A stretch of 64,000 nt of DNA from the NCBI RefSeq assembly GCF_009914755.1, contig NC_060935.1. One strand, written 5' to 3'. Position numbers and translations under genes: made by a program. Shown here one piece after another: positions 42,458 through 64,000 of this stretch. The stretch is from the human T2T-CHM13v2.0 reference genome, Homo sapiens. Under the pieces are notes generated by a model, which was not told the origin of the DNA, did not search any database, and was given only the letters and a program-made list of their open reading frames with translations. Position 1 is the stretch's first letter; every line of letters begins with the position of its first letter.

Positions 42458-44041
42458 TTTTTTTTTTCACGTTACTAAATTCTCTCCCTTAATATGGCAA
42501 CATTCAGCAGCTTATGCTACTCTTTTATCCTTTGGTTGCCAGTGACAAACAATGCAGTAATAATGCCTCTGGTTTCAGTTCCTCTTGGATGACATTTATT
42601 AGCTGAGAGAGAGACCTGGAGCTTTAGCTGAAATTTGGCAGCCCAAGAAGTGCACTAACTGCTCCAAAGTATCCCTCATGTTCTAGAAACAATGCTTTCA
42701 GTTGACCTTTTGACGAAAGATCCGGTGCATATGCCAAAAGTTTCATTGAGAGGGTATTGACACATAAAACGTTTCCAACAAAGACAACTCTGTTTATTTT
42801 CTCATTAACAGCACACATTCGTGCCACAGAACCAAAGTTATTGGTGATAGTAACTAAAGTAGCTCTTGCCAGATCTTCTTTACTAACAGATGATTCTCGC
42901 TTCTCCTTATAAATCATATTCCTAAAACTAGATGCTACAGCTCAACCTGGCAAACCAAATCTTTCATGATCTCCTCCATAAATATCATGGGTCAGCTTGT
43001 CAGCTTGTGTGCTGTCACCTTTGGAATGCCATTTCAAGAGCCTCTTCAAAACTTTCACAGCCAGTCAATAAACTGCATAAACCCAGAAAGGTACCCTCCC
43101 CAAGGCTTGTCCCAGTCATTCGTTTATAGATGTCTTTGGAATGGACTGCTAAAATACTGGCTCCTGAGCCAATGTTCACTACAAGCAGTGGGTAGGGATC
43201 ATCCAGGTTAAAAGGCATCTTTTGGCATTGCTGAGGTTCTGAGGCATTAGCTAAATAATAGCACTCCGCATGCCCATTGAAACCAACAGTCTATATACAG
43301 CAAGCCCTTTACAAGGCAGTCAAGTTCATCCAGTTTGTGCAGGTGGAGGTTTCCAATTGTGCGAAAATCTTTTTCAAACTTGTAGGCACCACCTCCTGTA
43401 GCACATAGCACCGTTTGCAATATTGAGAAGTTTTTATCTCTTCCCATTTGGATAAAAGTAGGCAGGTCCTGGGTTGGAAACCTGATAAAGTGCAAGTTCC
43501 CTCTTCGGCCAAAAAGTGTTAAATCTTTCAGTTCAAGGTGTACATCCCTAATGCCGGTGGATCCACATGCTACATTAGAAATCAAATATTTTCGAATACT
43601 TTTTAAACTCTCAACTTCTTCTTGTTCTTCCTCTGCTGTGATAGCAATAGGTTCAAAGTACGAGAGGTTTACTAGAGTTCCCCCAATGTCCATGCCAAAC
43701 CATGGGAAAGAGGATTTCTTGCCATCTTTGATCTTCATGGCCTCGGCCGGAGGGGCAAGGGACGGCTTCGGGTCCGGAGCACTGAGAGCAGAGGCTGCAA
43801 CTTCGGAGGTGGCTGGGCCGCTAGATGAGGCCCGGCGGGTTCCTCCCCTCAGGCTAGGCGGGGTGGCAGCGCCTGAGGGGATGCCCGGCCCACGGGGCGG
43901 TCCCCCACCCCCGCGAGGGGCGGCTGGGACTGAGCAAGCTTGGGAAGGCTGACTGCCTGGTGGCTCCGGACCCCGCCCACACACAAACACGCAGCCGCTC
44001 CAGACAAAAGTCCCTGGTCCCGGGAGCCGCCACCGCCGCCC
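42458..44041 (-). pseudogene. PANK3: Processed PANK3 (pantothenate kinase 3) pseudogene; CDS relic 43738-42624
   Basis: Intronless [23 protein letters not shown]...[16 protein letters not shown]; frameshifts after LLYID and near LEMA; GC-rich 5' leader; short 3'UTR ending in A10. Confidence 0.95.
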
Positions 44042-44049
44042 TAAAAAAT

Positions 44050-46010
<1,961 letters not shown>

Positions 46011-46270
46011 TCACTTCCTGACTCTGAGAATTAAATTCTGTTTCCTTCAGATGTCCTTAGTTGATTGACTTACAAACAGGGATTGTAAGCAGGAAAATAG
46101 AATAAAACACCTGTTAGATTTGAATACAAATTGAGAAATTTGTATCTTTGTCCCTCCATGGAAACATTTAAAATGGAATGGGAACCACCTGAGAAGCACA
46201 TATTGTCCACATCTTGGGATCATTTCTGAATATCTTGCCTCTTCAACCAACAATCAGCAACAGTGGAATA

Positions 46271-46781
46271 TGCCAAGACCAGCTCGGTCAGGGAGACCCT
46301 AACCCAGCGGTGCTACAGGAATTAAAGACACACACAGAAATATAGAGATGTGAAGTGGGAAATCAGGGGTCTCACAGCCTTCAGAGCTGAGAGCCCTGAA
46401 CAGAGATTTACCCACATATTTATTAACAGCAAACCAGTCATTAGCATTGTTTCTATAGATATTAAATTAACTAAAAGTATACCTTATGGGCAACGAAGGC
46501 ATGGGCCGAATTAAAGGAATAGGTTGGGCTAGTTAACTGCAGCAGGAGCATGTCCTTAAGGCACAAATCACTCATGCTATTGTTTGTGGCTTAAGAATGC
46601 CTTTAAGCAATTTTCCACCCTGGGTGGGCCAGGTGTTCCTTGCCCTCATTCCCATAAACCTACAACCTTCCAGCTTGGGCATTAGGGCCATTATGAACAT
46701 GTTACAGTGCTGCAGAGATTTGGTTTATGGCCAGTTTTGGGGCCAGTTTATGGCCAGATTTTGGGGAGCTTGCTCCCAACA
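46271..46781 (-). mobile_element. MER9 solo LTR (HERV-K HML-3)
   Basis: Minus strand starts TGTTGGGAGCAAG...CTGGCCATAAACTGGCCCCAAAACTGGCC; 6-bp TSD GGAATA at 46265 and 46782. Confidence 0.92.
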
Positions 46782-46782
46782 G

Positions 46783-46784
<2 letters not shown>

Positions 46785-46837
<53 letters not shown>

Positions 46838-46890
46838 CACACACCCACACACACACACATATACATAAGTATATATATATATATACACAT
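46785..46890. repeat. Compound (TA)n/(CA)n microsatellite
   Basis: Seen directly. Confidence 0.95.
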
Positions 46891-47802
46891 ACTTTGAGAT
46901 ATATATCTCAAAGATTATTTCTATAAACTATTTGATAATGATTTTCACACATTATATATTTTTAATCCCTAAATTCATCAATGTGTATTTCTTAAAACAA
47001 GATCAATTCCTTAACACAGCACAATTATCAAATTCAGTAAACTTAACATTGATAAAATAATATTATCTAATATACAATCTTTAAAAATTTAACTAATTGT
47101 ATCAATACAATCTTTTACAGAAATTTCTCTCCCAAGCTAGGATCCATTTCACAGACACATATGAATCTAATTGTCTTGACTCTTTAGTCTCCTTTAATTT
47201 AGAACAGTTGCTCAATCGTGTCTTTCACAACATTGATGTTTTTGAAGAGTATATGCCAGTGGTTTTGTGGAATGTTTCTTAATTTGTGCTACTCATGATA
47301 AGATTAAGGTTATGGAAACTTGGAGAAATGTCACAAAAATCATGTTATCCTCTATCACACCAAGAGGCATGTGATGTCAGTTTTCCCCATTATTAGTGAA
47401 GTTAGCTTTGATCATTTGGTTAAGTTTGTAGCTGCTATTTCTTCCCTGAAAAAGTATCATCTTCCTCATTGTAATCAATAAGTAAGCTCTAGGTAAATAC
47501 TCTGAGACTATATAAATATCCTGATCCTCATCAAAATTTTACCTATACTTTTAGTATTGACTTATAAATTATGCCTGCACTTATCAGCATTCTGATGGTG
47601 TCCAGATTTTGTAATTTTCTGATGGGGATTTTCAAATTTTATCCTTCCTTCCACATTTATTAGCTGGCATACCACTGTAAGGAAAATCTTCCCATCTTCC
47701 ATATTTATTTATTTAAGTTCCCAAGATTGATAATCATTTATTGTCATCATTAATGTTCAAAGTGTGTCAGATTTGGTCAATGAGATTCCCTTCAAGCCCA
47801 CT

Positions 47803-48777
<975 letters not shown>

Positions 48778-48953
48778 ATTACAGAAAATTATGATCAGAA
48801 AATTTGCAAGAGAATGTCGTATACCGGGACACACTCAAATGATAGAACGGAAGTATGCTCCAGGAAGTCTAACATGATGGAGAGCCCACCTTGGGGTGAG
48901 TTGATCTTGGGCTGACCACAAATCAGGAACAGTGCCTTTATTTTTACCACTAA

Positions 48954-49262
<309 letters not shown>

Positions 49263-49420
49263 AAGCCACCTTTCTTTTGGTATAGCCGTGCCTAAAAGAG
49301 GAAGCGCTTCGTGTAGGGAATTAACAGCAGAATTGGAAACATCGTGATTATCCTGACACAGAGGGCAGGCTCAGATATTGGCTGTCACCAAAGGGTTTTC
49401 TGAAGGATCTAGGTTGCCGA

Positions 49421-49481
49421 GAGGGTAGAGCTCAGTGGTAGAGCATGCACGAGGCCCTAGGCTCAATCCCCAGTACCTCCA
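49421..49481 (+). pseudogene. tRNA-Ala(AGC)-derived pseudogene with an 11-nt anticodon-arm deletion
   Basis: GAGGGTAGAGCTCAGTGGTAGAGC^ATGCACGAGGCCCTAGGCTCAATCCCCAGTACCTCCA (61 nt), then TTTT. Confidence 0.85.
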
Positions 49482-51589
49482 GGTTTTGTTTTCTTCCCCG
49501 GGACACCAGTAAGAAGCGGTCCATGATATTCCCCAACTTTGGAATTTTCTGTCAAGGTGAATTGTGTTGGCCTCTGCATTTCTCTCTCATACACAGAGGT
49601 GACTCGTGTTTATTCACTTGAGGTTATTTGCTGCTTAGGATTATCCACCTATTCTTTCTAAGCAGTCCCATCAATCACTAACATGGACCACGCATGGGGG
49701 AAGCAAGTAGTATTTCTGGCCATCCAGCCTATTTCTAGCTGTAAATGAAATCATCAGAAACCATAGAACTGTGTGGCCCAAGTCTGATTTCAGATTGGAA
49801 GCTAAAAGGCTCAAGTCCTTTTCTGTTTCCTTTTCTAACTCCCCCTAACCAGGTTGCAGAAGCCCTACAAGCTTTCACTAAAAGATTACACTGCCAGGGG
49901 TTGACGATTTGATGTGCTGGTGGTCATTTTTTCCATTGGAGATCCGCAAACTCTGAAACTTAAACGATTTAACTACAAACACACAGCAAATGATGAAAAG
50001 ATAGCGGTCACCTCAGCTGAAATTTGGTGGAAGTAAAAAGTACTTCTCTGGGTCTTCTGAGGAAGCTTCTGGTGTGAGATGCAAACACTCTGAACTCCAG
50101 GGACCAAGGTCAGTCAGTATAGGAGAAAGCTCATTTTGTTGTTTTACATAAATAAAAGTAATGAACGCTTATTCTTCCAATCCCAAAGGATCCTTTTGTA
50201 CCTCACTGTACTTACTCTCCAGGATTGACCACCTTCTAAGCTAGGGAACAAGCCATACCTCCAGATTAGAGCTCTTTGTGGTATCACTGTGCTAAGCAGA
50301 AATCCACAGGGAAATACTCTGCAAGCATGTTAATACTATCTTGTTGAAAGAAAATCTGCTTTTATTTTCAGCTCTATTTCATGCCAAGGTTACTCAACAC
50401 CCAGAAGGCAGAACAGCGACCTCTCTCTCTCCATCTGCAGAAGCCAAGCAAGCGTGTGGGCCTCCGTATGCATCCTTTCTTTTATTCACTTTCTAAATGC
50501 TGTAACGGCTACCATCTACCAGGTGGTCACAAACCATCTCTAAAGTCAATCTGAGGTTAACCCACTCGACTTGTGAGGGATCCACCTATACTGCTTCTGC
50601 ACCTGTAATATGACTAAGGAGACGGTGGCTGCACACGTAGTTAACACCGATTGTACTGTGACTCCGCCTTTCCGCAGCAGCTCTCCGGCTCTTTAGAGTC
50701 CTTTTGAGCCAAGCTGGACGTGAGGCATAAAGGAGCTCTTTGCAAACGCCAGGAGGAATTTCTTCAGGGTGAAGTTAACTTTCAATCGGCTTCATTCTAA
50801 GAGAAATATGTGAAGCAAACAAACGGGAACTTTTTTTCTCATCTTTTGCATTTCAAGCAAAAACTAATAAAATTAGATGTTTCCACCGTCATGCTCAGTC
50901 TCGAAGCTGCCAGCAGATCCCGCTTCTAACTTTTAACACAGGCACGCAGGAAATCGGGAAATCCCTGCAGTTCCCTCAGAAGCTACAGTATCAGCAGTTC
51001 CTGAAGCGCAAACCAAAACCCAACATCATGTACCCCTCCAAAGAGCTCAGCCGGTCTGTTGAGGGACGGAAACAGCGGCGAGGTGCTCTGGAAGCCGTGA
51101 CAGCCTGGCCGAAATGAACCAGGTCCCTCCTGGTCGAGCCTACCTCCCTAGGGACAAGAAACGTACCTCTCTTCCCTCATATCCAGAGGAAGCAATGGAG
51201 GGATGTGGCGCTTAGACTCACTCTACTATCCAGTCCATCAAAGTCCTAATAATCTTCAGGATGCGACAGAGTGAGACTCCGTCTCAACAAAACAAAACAA
51301 AACAACCCTAAGGAAAAGAGAGAATGTACTGGAGGATAGGAAGTATCTAGGAGAACCTTCTTTTTTTTTTTTCTTATATTTAAATTTAAGCCTTCATTTA
51401 TATAAAATAAAACGCATGAAACCTATTCAGCTTATGGCTTATTATATATATAACCAAAACTCAGACCAAGATACTGAATTTTTCAGCAACCAACAGCTGC
51501 CTTTTGCCTCATTTCAATTATCCTAACTCTGACCTCCACCTCCATAGATTACTTTTCTTATGTTTTAAATGGGATCATATGAAATGATG

Positions 51590-52361
<772 letters not shown>

Positions 52362-52666
52362 AGTCTGTACTCATTTGAGTATGGATTCTTTCACTCAATT
52401 TTTGTAAAAAAAAAATTAGATTCATTTTCTATATATTGTTGCTAGTAGCAGTAGTTATTTTCTATTGCTCTGGAGTATTCCATTATCTGAATACTGTACA
52501 TCATGATTCATTAATTCGTTTTACTGTCCAAGTACATTTGCAGCACCCCTAGTTTTTGGTTGAAAGGTCTAATGCCGCTGTAAGTGTTTCGATACATGTC
52601 CTTCAAGGGAAATGCTCATGCACTTCTCTTGGGTATAAATGTAACTGTCTAGTTTTGGGGTCATAG

Positions 52667-52669
<3 letters not shown>

Positions 52670-52722
<53 letters not shown>

Positions 52723-52733
52723 TATATATATAT
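52670..52733. repeat. (TA)n microsatellite
   Basis: Seen directly. Confidence 0.95.
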
Positions 52734-52904
52734 TTAGTTTTAGTTGATATTTTCAGATAGTTTCCCAGTGTAGATATAGCAGTTTACAGTCTCATCAGCC
52801 ATGTATGCATGTTCCAATTGCTTCACATACTCAGCAACACTTGATATTATCCACTTTTTAGGTTAAATGATTCCGATGAAGAGCAGTATTATTTTGTGTG
52901 TGGT

Positions 52905-53230
52905 TTTTTTGTTTGTTTTTGTTTGTTTATTTTTTGATGGTGTCTTGCTCTGCTGCCCAGGCTGGAGTGCAGTGGCACAATCTTGGCTCACTGTAGCCTT
53001 TGCCTCCCAGGATCAAGAGATTTTCATGATATGATATTCTCGTGAAAATCTCATGAGATACTCAGCCTCCTGAGTAGTTGGGACTACAGGGGCATGCGGC
53101 TGTCTAAATTTTTGTAGTCGTAGTAGAGACCAGGTTGGCCAGGCTGGTCTTGAACTCCTGGCCTCAGGTGATCCACCCGACTTGACCTTCCAAAGTGCTG
53201 GGAGTATAGGTGTGAGCCACCGTGCCCAGC
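52905..53230 (-). mobile_element. Alu carrying a short fold-back insertion
   Basis: Alu consensus interrupted at about 53030-53060. Confidence 0.85.
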
Positions 53231-53998
53231 TTTGTTGTGTTTTTAATTTGCATTTCCTTTATAGCAAAAGATGTCGAGCATATTTTATATTACTCAATAG
53301 CAATTTTTTGTGAAGTGCATATTAATTTGCTCTTTCTTATTGAAGTTTTAGTCTTTTTAACATATTCCAGATAAAGATACTTAGTAAAATATAATAATTG
53401 AAGTATCTTCTCCTAGAATGTGGCTTATCATCTGTTCTTAAGGAGGATGGGGCTTGAAAAACTTTGTAAGCAGATGAAAGAGAAGAAATGGAGACAGACA
53501 GGTTAAGACCCCAGAGAAAATTTGAAAGTTCCATCTGGACATCTTACCTGTTGATGTGGGAGAAAATGCCCCCAGGAAGTTTGCTGGAGAGGAAACCTCA
53601 GAATAAAACTGATGGGATGAAATGTTCTAGAAGCAGAAACAGTGTGATTTGGTCTGTGATTCTCTTACATTTCTTACATGACGGGTTAATGGGTGCAGCA
53701 TACCAACATGGCACATGTATACATATGTAACAACACCTGCTGGGATTACAGATGTGAGCCACCATGCCTGACTTTAATTCTTTCTTGTATACATACAAAA
53801 TTGACAGTTGTGTATGATGTGAGGTAGGAGTCAAGACTGACTCTTTTTTTTAAAAAAAAGAAAAATTACAACACATGGACACAGGAAGGGGAACATCAAA
53901 AAAAAATGTTAATAATATTTTTAAGCCAGGCCCACACCTGTGGGGTGTGATGTGGGGTGGGGACAGGGGGGAGGGATAGCATTAGGAGATATACCTAG

Positions 53999-58722
<4,724 letters not shown>

Positions 58723-60303
58723 GCAATTATAGGAAAGTAGACAGAACTAAACAAATACCTACACTTCTATCACTTAAAGACAAAAAAAAAGAAAGATGCT
58801 ACTGGGCAGTAGGAATTTTTCAGTTCCAATGGGCCACCATTATATATGCAGTCCCTTGTTGACTGAAATGTCATATGTAGTGCACAGCTGTATTACAAAA
58901 CCATTTTAAATAATATGCATATGTAGCTAGGTGTTGTCTACCATTAGATGATAATCCTAAAGGATCAACTATATAAATATGAAAGACAAGTTCTCAAAGT
59001 AGCTATACTGTTTTCCATAGTGGTTAACATGCCTTATAATGGAATAGAAAAATGTCCCTTCTTAAATATTTAAAATACAAGTTTCTGTTTGAGGTAAGTC
59101 TCAATATATGAACAAAAGGAAGGCTTTTTATCTCTTTTTAGCAAAATGTTTTGAGCAACTTTGGCACAAAAATGTAAGGATCCGTCACAGTGAATATTGT
59201 TCATAATATCCTAATTCACTTTAAACTCATTAATGATGAACTTTTTAACTCAGTAAAAGAAACACATACACAAAGCTACTGATAATCTTGTATGTTAAAA
59301 GAAACTACTATCAGTATATATTTTTTGTTAAATATATGTACTTATTCAATATATTTTTTAAACAGTTGTGATGTTGTAGATATAAGGAATTGTTTATTTG
59401 TTCCCATGTCTCAAATATAAGGCTATTTAAAGTAGTGCTGATGGATGCAGGTAAGATAATTCAGAGAAAAATAGTAAACTTTACAATATCATTAAGTTTT
59501 TTCCTGCATATACAAAATTCTACTGTGTGGATACGTGAATTATACTATATCCCAGGTGAAACAAAAATAGTAGAATTCTACTGGAAATATGTCGCTTAAA
59601 GAGAGGAATGATTACCCTACTTTGCCTATGCAAATAAAAAAAGAAATGTTTGCATTGCTAAAAAGCAAATTTCCCCAGGAGCTAACATAATATTTTATTT
59701 TATGTTAACAATAAGTAGGAAAACAAACATTTTAGAAGACCAAGGTAACTGGGGAATGGCTGTACTTGGAATAGATATTTGATATGATTTGATAAATTAG
59801 ATTGTTACTACTTCATTGAAGAACACAAACTGAATCTGAAAGAAATCACTTAGAAGTTTTATCTATTGATTGTATCTTACATTGTCTTGAAAATGTTAGC
59901 AATTTCAAAAAATATTTTATTAAACTTTTCTTTAAAAATTATTAACAACTTATGGTGCTTTAGCTGATGTAAGGTGCTTTTCCTCATAGCTCAGTACATA
60001 TCCAAGAATAACTGAAAAGAAAGACTAATGTTTAAATAAGTGAAGTAAGCAGGTGTGAGTTTAGCCTTCTTTTAATGTTCTTTTTGTATTGCTCTCATGC
60101 GACTCTCCATAGGAATGTATTCTTTGACAGTGGTAGTGGGGAGGGGTCGAAAGTTGCAAGAATTTTGGAATGGAAGGTGAACCTATTGAAAATTTATAGT
60201 TAAATTGATTGTTGGCAATATGATGCTTCCCAAAGTGCTAATCACACTTTGGTTTTAGAAGATAAGCTAACTTTTTAAAGATGTTAGACATTGAATAGTA
60301 AAA

Positions 60304-60512
60304 TACATTCATGTGCCACATAACGATGTTTCAGTCAATGACTGACTGCATATATGACAAGTTCCCGTAATATTATAATGTCTATACCATAGAGCCTAAG
60401 TGTGTAGTAGGTTATACTATCTAGGGTTGTGTAAGTATACTCTGTGTTGTTCATGCAATGATAAATTAATTTCTCAGAATGTATTCCCATTGTTAAGTAA
60501 TGTATGATTGTA
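60304..60512. mobile_element. Tigger3/MER7-like DNA transposon relic
   Basis: tacattcatgtgccacataacga ... gttaagtaatgtatgattgta termini. Confidence 0.6.
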
Positions 60513-62777
60513 GATCAATTTATCTTATATTTAAATTTTCTGAGGTAGTTTGGGCAAACTGTAGAGTCTATTGAAACATGAAATAAAAATAAAGATTAAA
60601 AATATATGTGTAGATGTCTGAAAATGTGCCTTTCTGTTATGTCAATAGTCCTAGAACAATTCTATTTTAGAGGGACTTAAAACAAGAATTAGATTGTGTG
60701 GTTTAAATCTGAAGAGTAGCTGAACTTGTCCAGTCAGCTATAATTTATCTCAAGGTTAGATCTGGAGAAGTGGATGCTGTTCTTAACAGCTATCCAGTAA
60801 TTACCTGTTTCTGACAAAGAAAGTATGGAGCCATCTAAATACTTCTTATATGCTTACAGAATGTATCTTGCATCCCTGTATGGAGGGTAGTGAGTGGTTG
60901 AAAGCCACAGAAAGAGTAACCTCTCATATCAAAGAAAATTCAGCAAGGGTTTGTAAAGGAAAGAGGAGAAGAGTTGGTCATATCCAGATTGCTGATCTCT
61001 TAAAGGAAGTGATCCCCGGTAAGAGGAGAGCCATCTTTTTTTTTTTTTTTTTTTTTTTTTGCTAAACTTCCTTCTTAAAGTTTTGTCTGCCTCCTTTTTC
61101 CTTGATCTTCCTTGTACCCTTTACTTAAAGTCACATTTGATTGGTGACTCTTTTTCAGAACTGATGTCTATCATTGGTACCAATTGTGACAATAGATATC
61201 TTGCTCCCTAGTCTCTCTTTCCCTTATGTTAACTTATTTTTCTGTTCTCTATAGCCTTCTCCATCAGTCATCTTGGGCAAACTTTATAAGTAAATGACTA
61301 AAAATACAGGTTTCAAAGGCAGATCCTCAGAATTCTTGATACATGACAAGAGTTTTCATCGATCTAAATAGAAATAAAGACAATTTTCTGAAAATTTCAA
61401 GTTGTTTCAAAAAATTAAACTTATTGAGGTGTATCTTTTACTCTTTATTCAAGTGTCCTTTCATGAAATTATAATGATAGTAGTAGGAGTTTTGTTTATC
61501 TTTGGTTTTAATACTCTTACTTGGCAAAACAAGATGTTGGCAACCATTATAACTAAAAATTTTTGGAAATTTTTATTGATCTTTGAAATTATTTAAGTGA
61601 AATTCCTTTGGAAAATTTTGCACATAGCAACCTACTAACCACTGGAGCAAAAGCATGTAAATATACTTGCTTACTGTGTTCTTTAGGAAAGACCACCAAA
61701 CATAATTTAAATGAAACATGATTGTCTTTTATTATATTCCAAATGTGGGTCATGTGTAATGCAGCAAAGTGAACTTGACTAGGTCATCCTTCTGTGGTGG
61801 CTCTAATTCTCTTATTGGTCACATGAAGGGGTGTGGCTTGCAGGAATTTTAACCTTATAAAGAAAACCCTAGAAGGAGCTAAATCTTTGGGGATTAGTTT
61901 CATATTCAGGTTATGTTGTAACCATTTACTTTTTCTTGTTTTACTAGGCTTTTTTCATTTCTTTGTCTGGGTTTTTAATTTCACTGATAGGTTTATAAAC
62001 TTTGCTGCTATATGTGTGTGGGTAAGAGTTTCCTATTAAAAAGCAGGCAGGCTTTTTACATAACTTAAATATATAACTTAAATATATAACTTCATATAAC
62101 TTAAATGGTTTTTCCAGCCATTTAATAAAAGGTTTTACTCAGAAAAAAACAGTAAATGTGAAGACAAAAAGCGATCTCCCTACATTTTCTACATTGTAAG
62201 CACAATTTCTTGTTTTGATTTTCTAAAAATTAATAAAGATGATGAAATGAGGTGTTAATTTAAAAATTAAAAATTTGAAAGATCATTTTTACTGGTGAGG
62301 GACTTCAAAAAATTCATTTTAAATATGCATGAACATTTTTCACAGTATTTGAGTGTATTTGGTCAGATTATTTTTACAAGGCTAAAAAACTTAAAGTATC
62401 TTAACTGTTAAATATTGCAAATTTCTTTGCGAAAGTACACACATTTGGCAGGTTTAGAACTTTGAACAGACTTTCAGAAGATAATTGCACAGCATATTTT
62501 ATAGTGATTTACTGTAATGATTATGAACATAATTTGGGAAATAAATTAGCTTTAGCGAATTTTACTTTAAATTTTTTATTTAGGGCACATACCTTAATAA
62601 TTTAATTGTGAAAGCTATGCATTTGCCTTTAATTGAAATTTTAGCATGCTTTACTTTAAATGTGCTAAATCACTAATTTCTGTTCCTTTAGATGTGATAC
62701 AGTTGAAGGTATGTAAAGCGGGGGATTGTTTTTCCAAAGACATAGCAGTTTTACTATACAGGGATTTTAATACTTAA

Positions 62778-63089
<312 letters not shown>

Positions 63090-63749
63090 TAAAAGAAGAT
63101 TTTAAAACATCATTGCATGTTTTCTCTGCAGTCTCTTATTTTCCCCCTAGAGTTATTTAAATAATAATTTAGGTGGCAAAATTACCTGCTCCTTCGCAAG
63201 GATAAAGTAAAATAAACATTTTATAGATGCGTTATATAAGTAGGAATAGATATTTAATTCTCTCTGATTTCTAATTTAATGTATTTACAATCACAGTTAC
63301 ATTGTTGAATAATCTTAAGTTGCTTAAATACACATATTCAGTTACTTAAGGTTAGCAATTTAAAAATCATTTTTAGATTATTTCTTTTCTAGAGCCTAAA
63401 AAAGATTTTTGGGGTGTTAGGGGACAGTAGGAATTATAGACTCTTTGAAAATCTAGCAAAAGCTTTGGACCCTTTCACTGGAAGAATGCTGGCAAACACG
63501 AACACACATTTGATATGCTGTTTCAGGGCAGTCACTGACACTGTGTGTGCTCAGGAGATCAGAGGCAACTATATTAAAAACAGCTACCATTAATACGAGG
63601 AATATATGAATATATATATATATATGGAGCAGAAGTAGGATACAATTGCTTTACTATTGAAGAATTAAAAAAAAGGATTTCATCAACTTTCAACAACAAA
63701 AAATTACACTTGAAAATATATTTCATGTACACTTGAAAAGTAATTCTCC

Positions 63750-64000
<251 letters not shown>

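Noticed and set aside
43247-43990. 247-aa ORF as a functional extended pantothenate kinase
   Set aside because: GTG start inside a retrocopied leader, a frameshift after LLYID, and substitutions at conserved residues
42458-44041. miR-103 hosted by PANK3
   Set aside because: The miRNA is intronic in the parent gene and this copy is intronless
53488-53730. 80-aa ATG ORF next to the L1 junction
   Set aside because: No recognisable homology, and it ends in L1 3'UTR sequence

Overview
This is primate (human-like) DNA, very rich in Alus, with no intact protein-coding gene. It reads as a mosaic of segmental-duplication fragments. Left to right it contains: (1) minus-strand GTF2I exon remnants; (2) a CpG-island promoter at about 13.2-13.9 kb; (3) a plus-strand unprocessed SEPTIN7 pseudogene that keeps 4 exons and appears to end in an unrelated terminal exon near 32.07 kb; (4) a decaying tRNA-Ala mini-cluster, with one full-length TGC copy, one copy split by a solo LTR, and one copy with an anticodon-arm deletion, plus internal duplications; (5) a processed PANK3 pseudogene; (6) MER41, MER11 and MER9 LTRs; (7) a dead 5'-truncated 4.7 kb L1PA with a scrambled 5' junction; (8) an AT-rich intron-like tail. 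From memory, not verified by a search, this arrangement matches the human 11p11.12 pericentromeric region around LOC441601, read on the reverse strand. I see no evidence of a new protein-based system. The most interesting signals are the head-to-head chimeric pseudogene pair sharing one promoter, the LTR-split and arm-deleted tRNA relics, a spacer-less Alu palindrome, and several templated-insertion scars. Parent-gene and repeat comparisons use recalled sequences. Repeat boundaries are approximate unless a TSD is quoted.
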